In this document: piece after piece, positions 62,478 to 64,000 of the stretch | Numbering within the stretch: the first letter of the stretch is position 1 | How the letters are laid out: each line of letters opens with the position of its first letter | IMG/VR virus record: IMGVR_UViG_2974782369_000001 | Location: 1-64,000 of that record | DNA length: 64,000 bases | DNA from: a virus | Lineage: Duplodnaviria; Caudoviricetes | Direction: 5' to 3' (one strand) | Position numbers and translations under genes: made by a program | Notes under the pieces: generated by a model | Told to the model about the DNA's origin: nothing | What the model saw: the letters and a program-made list of their open reading frames with translations, nothing else | The model's database searches: none

Positions 62478-64000
62478 AACCTGTTGCTAGTCTTGTATGC
62501 CAAAATAGATTACCACTACCAGAGTTATTTAATACTCTAGACGAGGATATTATATCACCATTTGAATTGGTTAGCAACCATGCTCCACCTGCAGGATTAT
62601 TTGCCCAAGTATCTGGTGTCAATCCTCCATGTGCAACATTAACAGCATCCATCCTCAATTTATATACTCCAGGTGCAGCAGTAAAACTATAACTACCAGT
62701 AGAAGTAAACGAGGAATGAGTTGCAACCTGCACAGAATTCCAATATAAGGTCATCTGATTATCACATGCATATTGTAATGTATAGGTATCATTTTCACTG
62801 ATTGTCACTACATGGGTAATCGTCTGTGTGGTCCCCACCAAAGGATTATCAAACTCAGGCCAAATAGCATAGTCATTCATGAAAGTATTCCATGCTGAGA
62901 TACCTGTGATTGGCACCCAATCCAAAGCATTTGCTGCCACGCATGGACCACCTCTACAAATCTTAAGGTACCATCCCCCAGGATTATATCTCCAGTCAGC
63001 AGCAGTTGGATTTAGATTTGCCTCTAAAATCCCATTCCTAACACCTTGAGCGCATGAAGGATAGAATACACCTTGCACCAGAGGAGCAGTATTCTCCCCT
63101 AGATTCCAACCAACGAGAATAGAATTTGTTTTTGTGCTTGCCCAAATAGTTGGATCGATTGGATCATCAGTTACTGATCCACCAGCAGCAACATAATAGT
63201 CAACGTGTGTTTGCATACCAGATGGCTCTGGTGGTCTACCACTACTGGAATATTGTCCAGGAGTTGATTCAGTCCTACCAAACCTACCACTCAAGTATTC
63301 ATCAGCAATTGCTCTTGCAATAGGAGTAAAATAATTAAACGGTGTATTCTCACGATACCCAAAATCTCCTCTCTCTTCTGTGCCATCGACTCTAACCAAT
63401 AAAACATTTGCCACAGATCTCATATTGTCATCTGAAGAAACAAACTGACTGTTTCTATTTGTGCATTGGACAATGATCTTATGAATACCTTGAGTAACTG
63501 TTGCACTTGCTACCCAAGGATCTCTATATCTACCACCACTCGAAATGCCATCATTGATATCAAGAAGTGGAGTTGGATCATCATCAATAAAAAATCTACC
63601 TGAGTCATCAGCACCAAACTCAAAGTAATAGGTATCGGTGGCAGGGAATGTAATGGTGTATGTTACCTCTTGAGGAATGCATGGTAGTGTACATAACTCA
63701 GGATTTGTCCAAACCCCATAGTTGGTGCCATTTTCATTCCAAAGGTTTGTGCCTGATGCTGATCCACTTGAATAGTTTGAGATCCAGAATGTAGCGTTAC
63801 AATCAGATCCATCACCATCCTTTAAACACATTGTTGTGTTAGCAGCCTGTAGCAGAATAGGTGTGTTGGCAGCATTTAAATTACTAAAGGTAACTGGATA
63901 AGTTGTATCTGCAATAACGCTTATTGTTTTAGTTTCCCTTCCAGATTCTCCACTTCTAGTCCAAATTGTGCCATTGATAGATACAGAATCAAGAGCAACA
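62452..64000 (-). CDS. Large virion protein with PA14-like domains (partial; start beyond the window end)
   Basis: Frame is open from 63999 to the annotated ATG at 63831; Y.F..GADD.G...ID and YACDN motifs. Confidence 0.7.
   Translation of the reverse strand, partial: VALDSVSINGTIWTRSGESGRETKTISVIADTTYPVTFSNLNAANTPILLQAANTTMCLKDGDGSDCNATFWISNYSSGSASGTNLWNENGTNYGVWTNPELCTLPCIPQEVTYTITFPATDTYYFEFGADDSGRFFIDDDPTPLLDINDGISSGGRYRDPWVASATVTQGIHKIIVQCTNRNSQFVSSDDNMRSVANVLLVRVDGTEERGDFGYRENTPFNYFTPIARAIADEYLSGRFGRTESTPGQYSSSGRPPEPSGMQTHVDYYVAAGGSVTDDPIDPTIWASTKTNSILVGWNLGENTAPLVQGVFYPSCAQGVRNGILEANLNPTAADWRYNPGGWYLKICRGGPCVAANALDWVPITGISAWNTFMNDYAIWPEFDNPLVGTTQTITHVVTISENDTYTLQYACDNQMTLYWNSVQVATHSSFTSTGSYSFTAAPGVYKLRMDAVNVAHGGLTPDTWANNPAGGAWLLTNSNGDIISSSRVLNNSGSGNLFWHTRLATGYEYVEQIV

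Noticed and set aside
1-64000. Introns, inteins, homing endonucleases, IS or integrase
   Set aside because: No interrupted core gene or matching motif recognised by eye; a small intein in the giant structural ORFs cannot be fully excluded.

Overview
This window is a 64-kb segment of a T4-like cyanomyophage genome (Kyanoviridae-type; about 40% GC by eye; host probably marine Synechococcus), coded almost entirely on the minus strand. In order it contains: (1) a baseplate module (partial giant gp7, gp6, gp25, PAAR); (2) a roughly 12.5-kb early/host-takeover island of tiny ORFs driven by a family of repeated promoter cassettes, including an SF2 helicase, a HicA-like ORF and a methyltransferase plus putative nuclease pair; (3) tail-fibre and virion genes; (4) six tRNAs, five of them interleaved with five 2OG-Fe(II) oxygenases; (5) gp5, cpeT, cp12, hub and tape-measure-like genes carrying peptidoglycan hydrolase domains, gp26/gp51, tail-tube initiator, gp4, gp48 and gp53; (6) a replication/metabolism block (gp32, gp59, gp33, exonuclease, phoH, thyX, glutaredoxin). 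The strongest unexplained signals are a T TTT TTC -1 slippery site that would fuse gp26 to gp51 just upstream of the tape-measure-like genes, a same-strand dual-coded locus (acidic protein over a histone-like basic protein), a tight cluster of cyanobacterial-type DnaA boxes beside divergent promoters, strong GTAC avoidance, and two CDS whose stop codons lie inside tRNAs. All product calls come from motif recognition and synteny; no searches were run.
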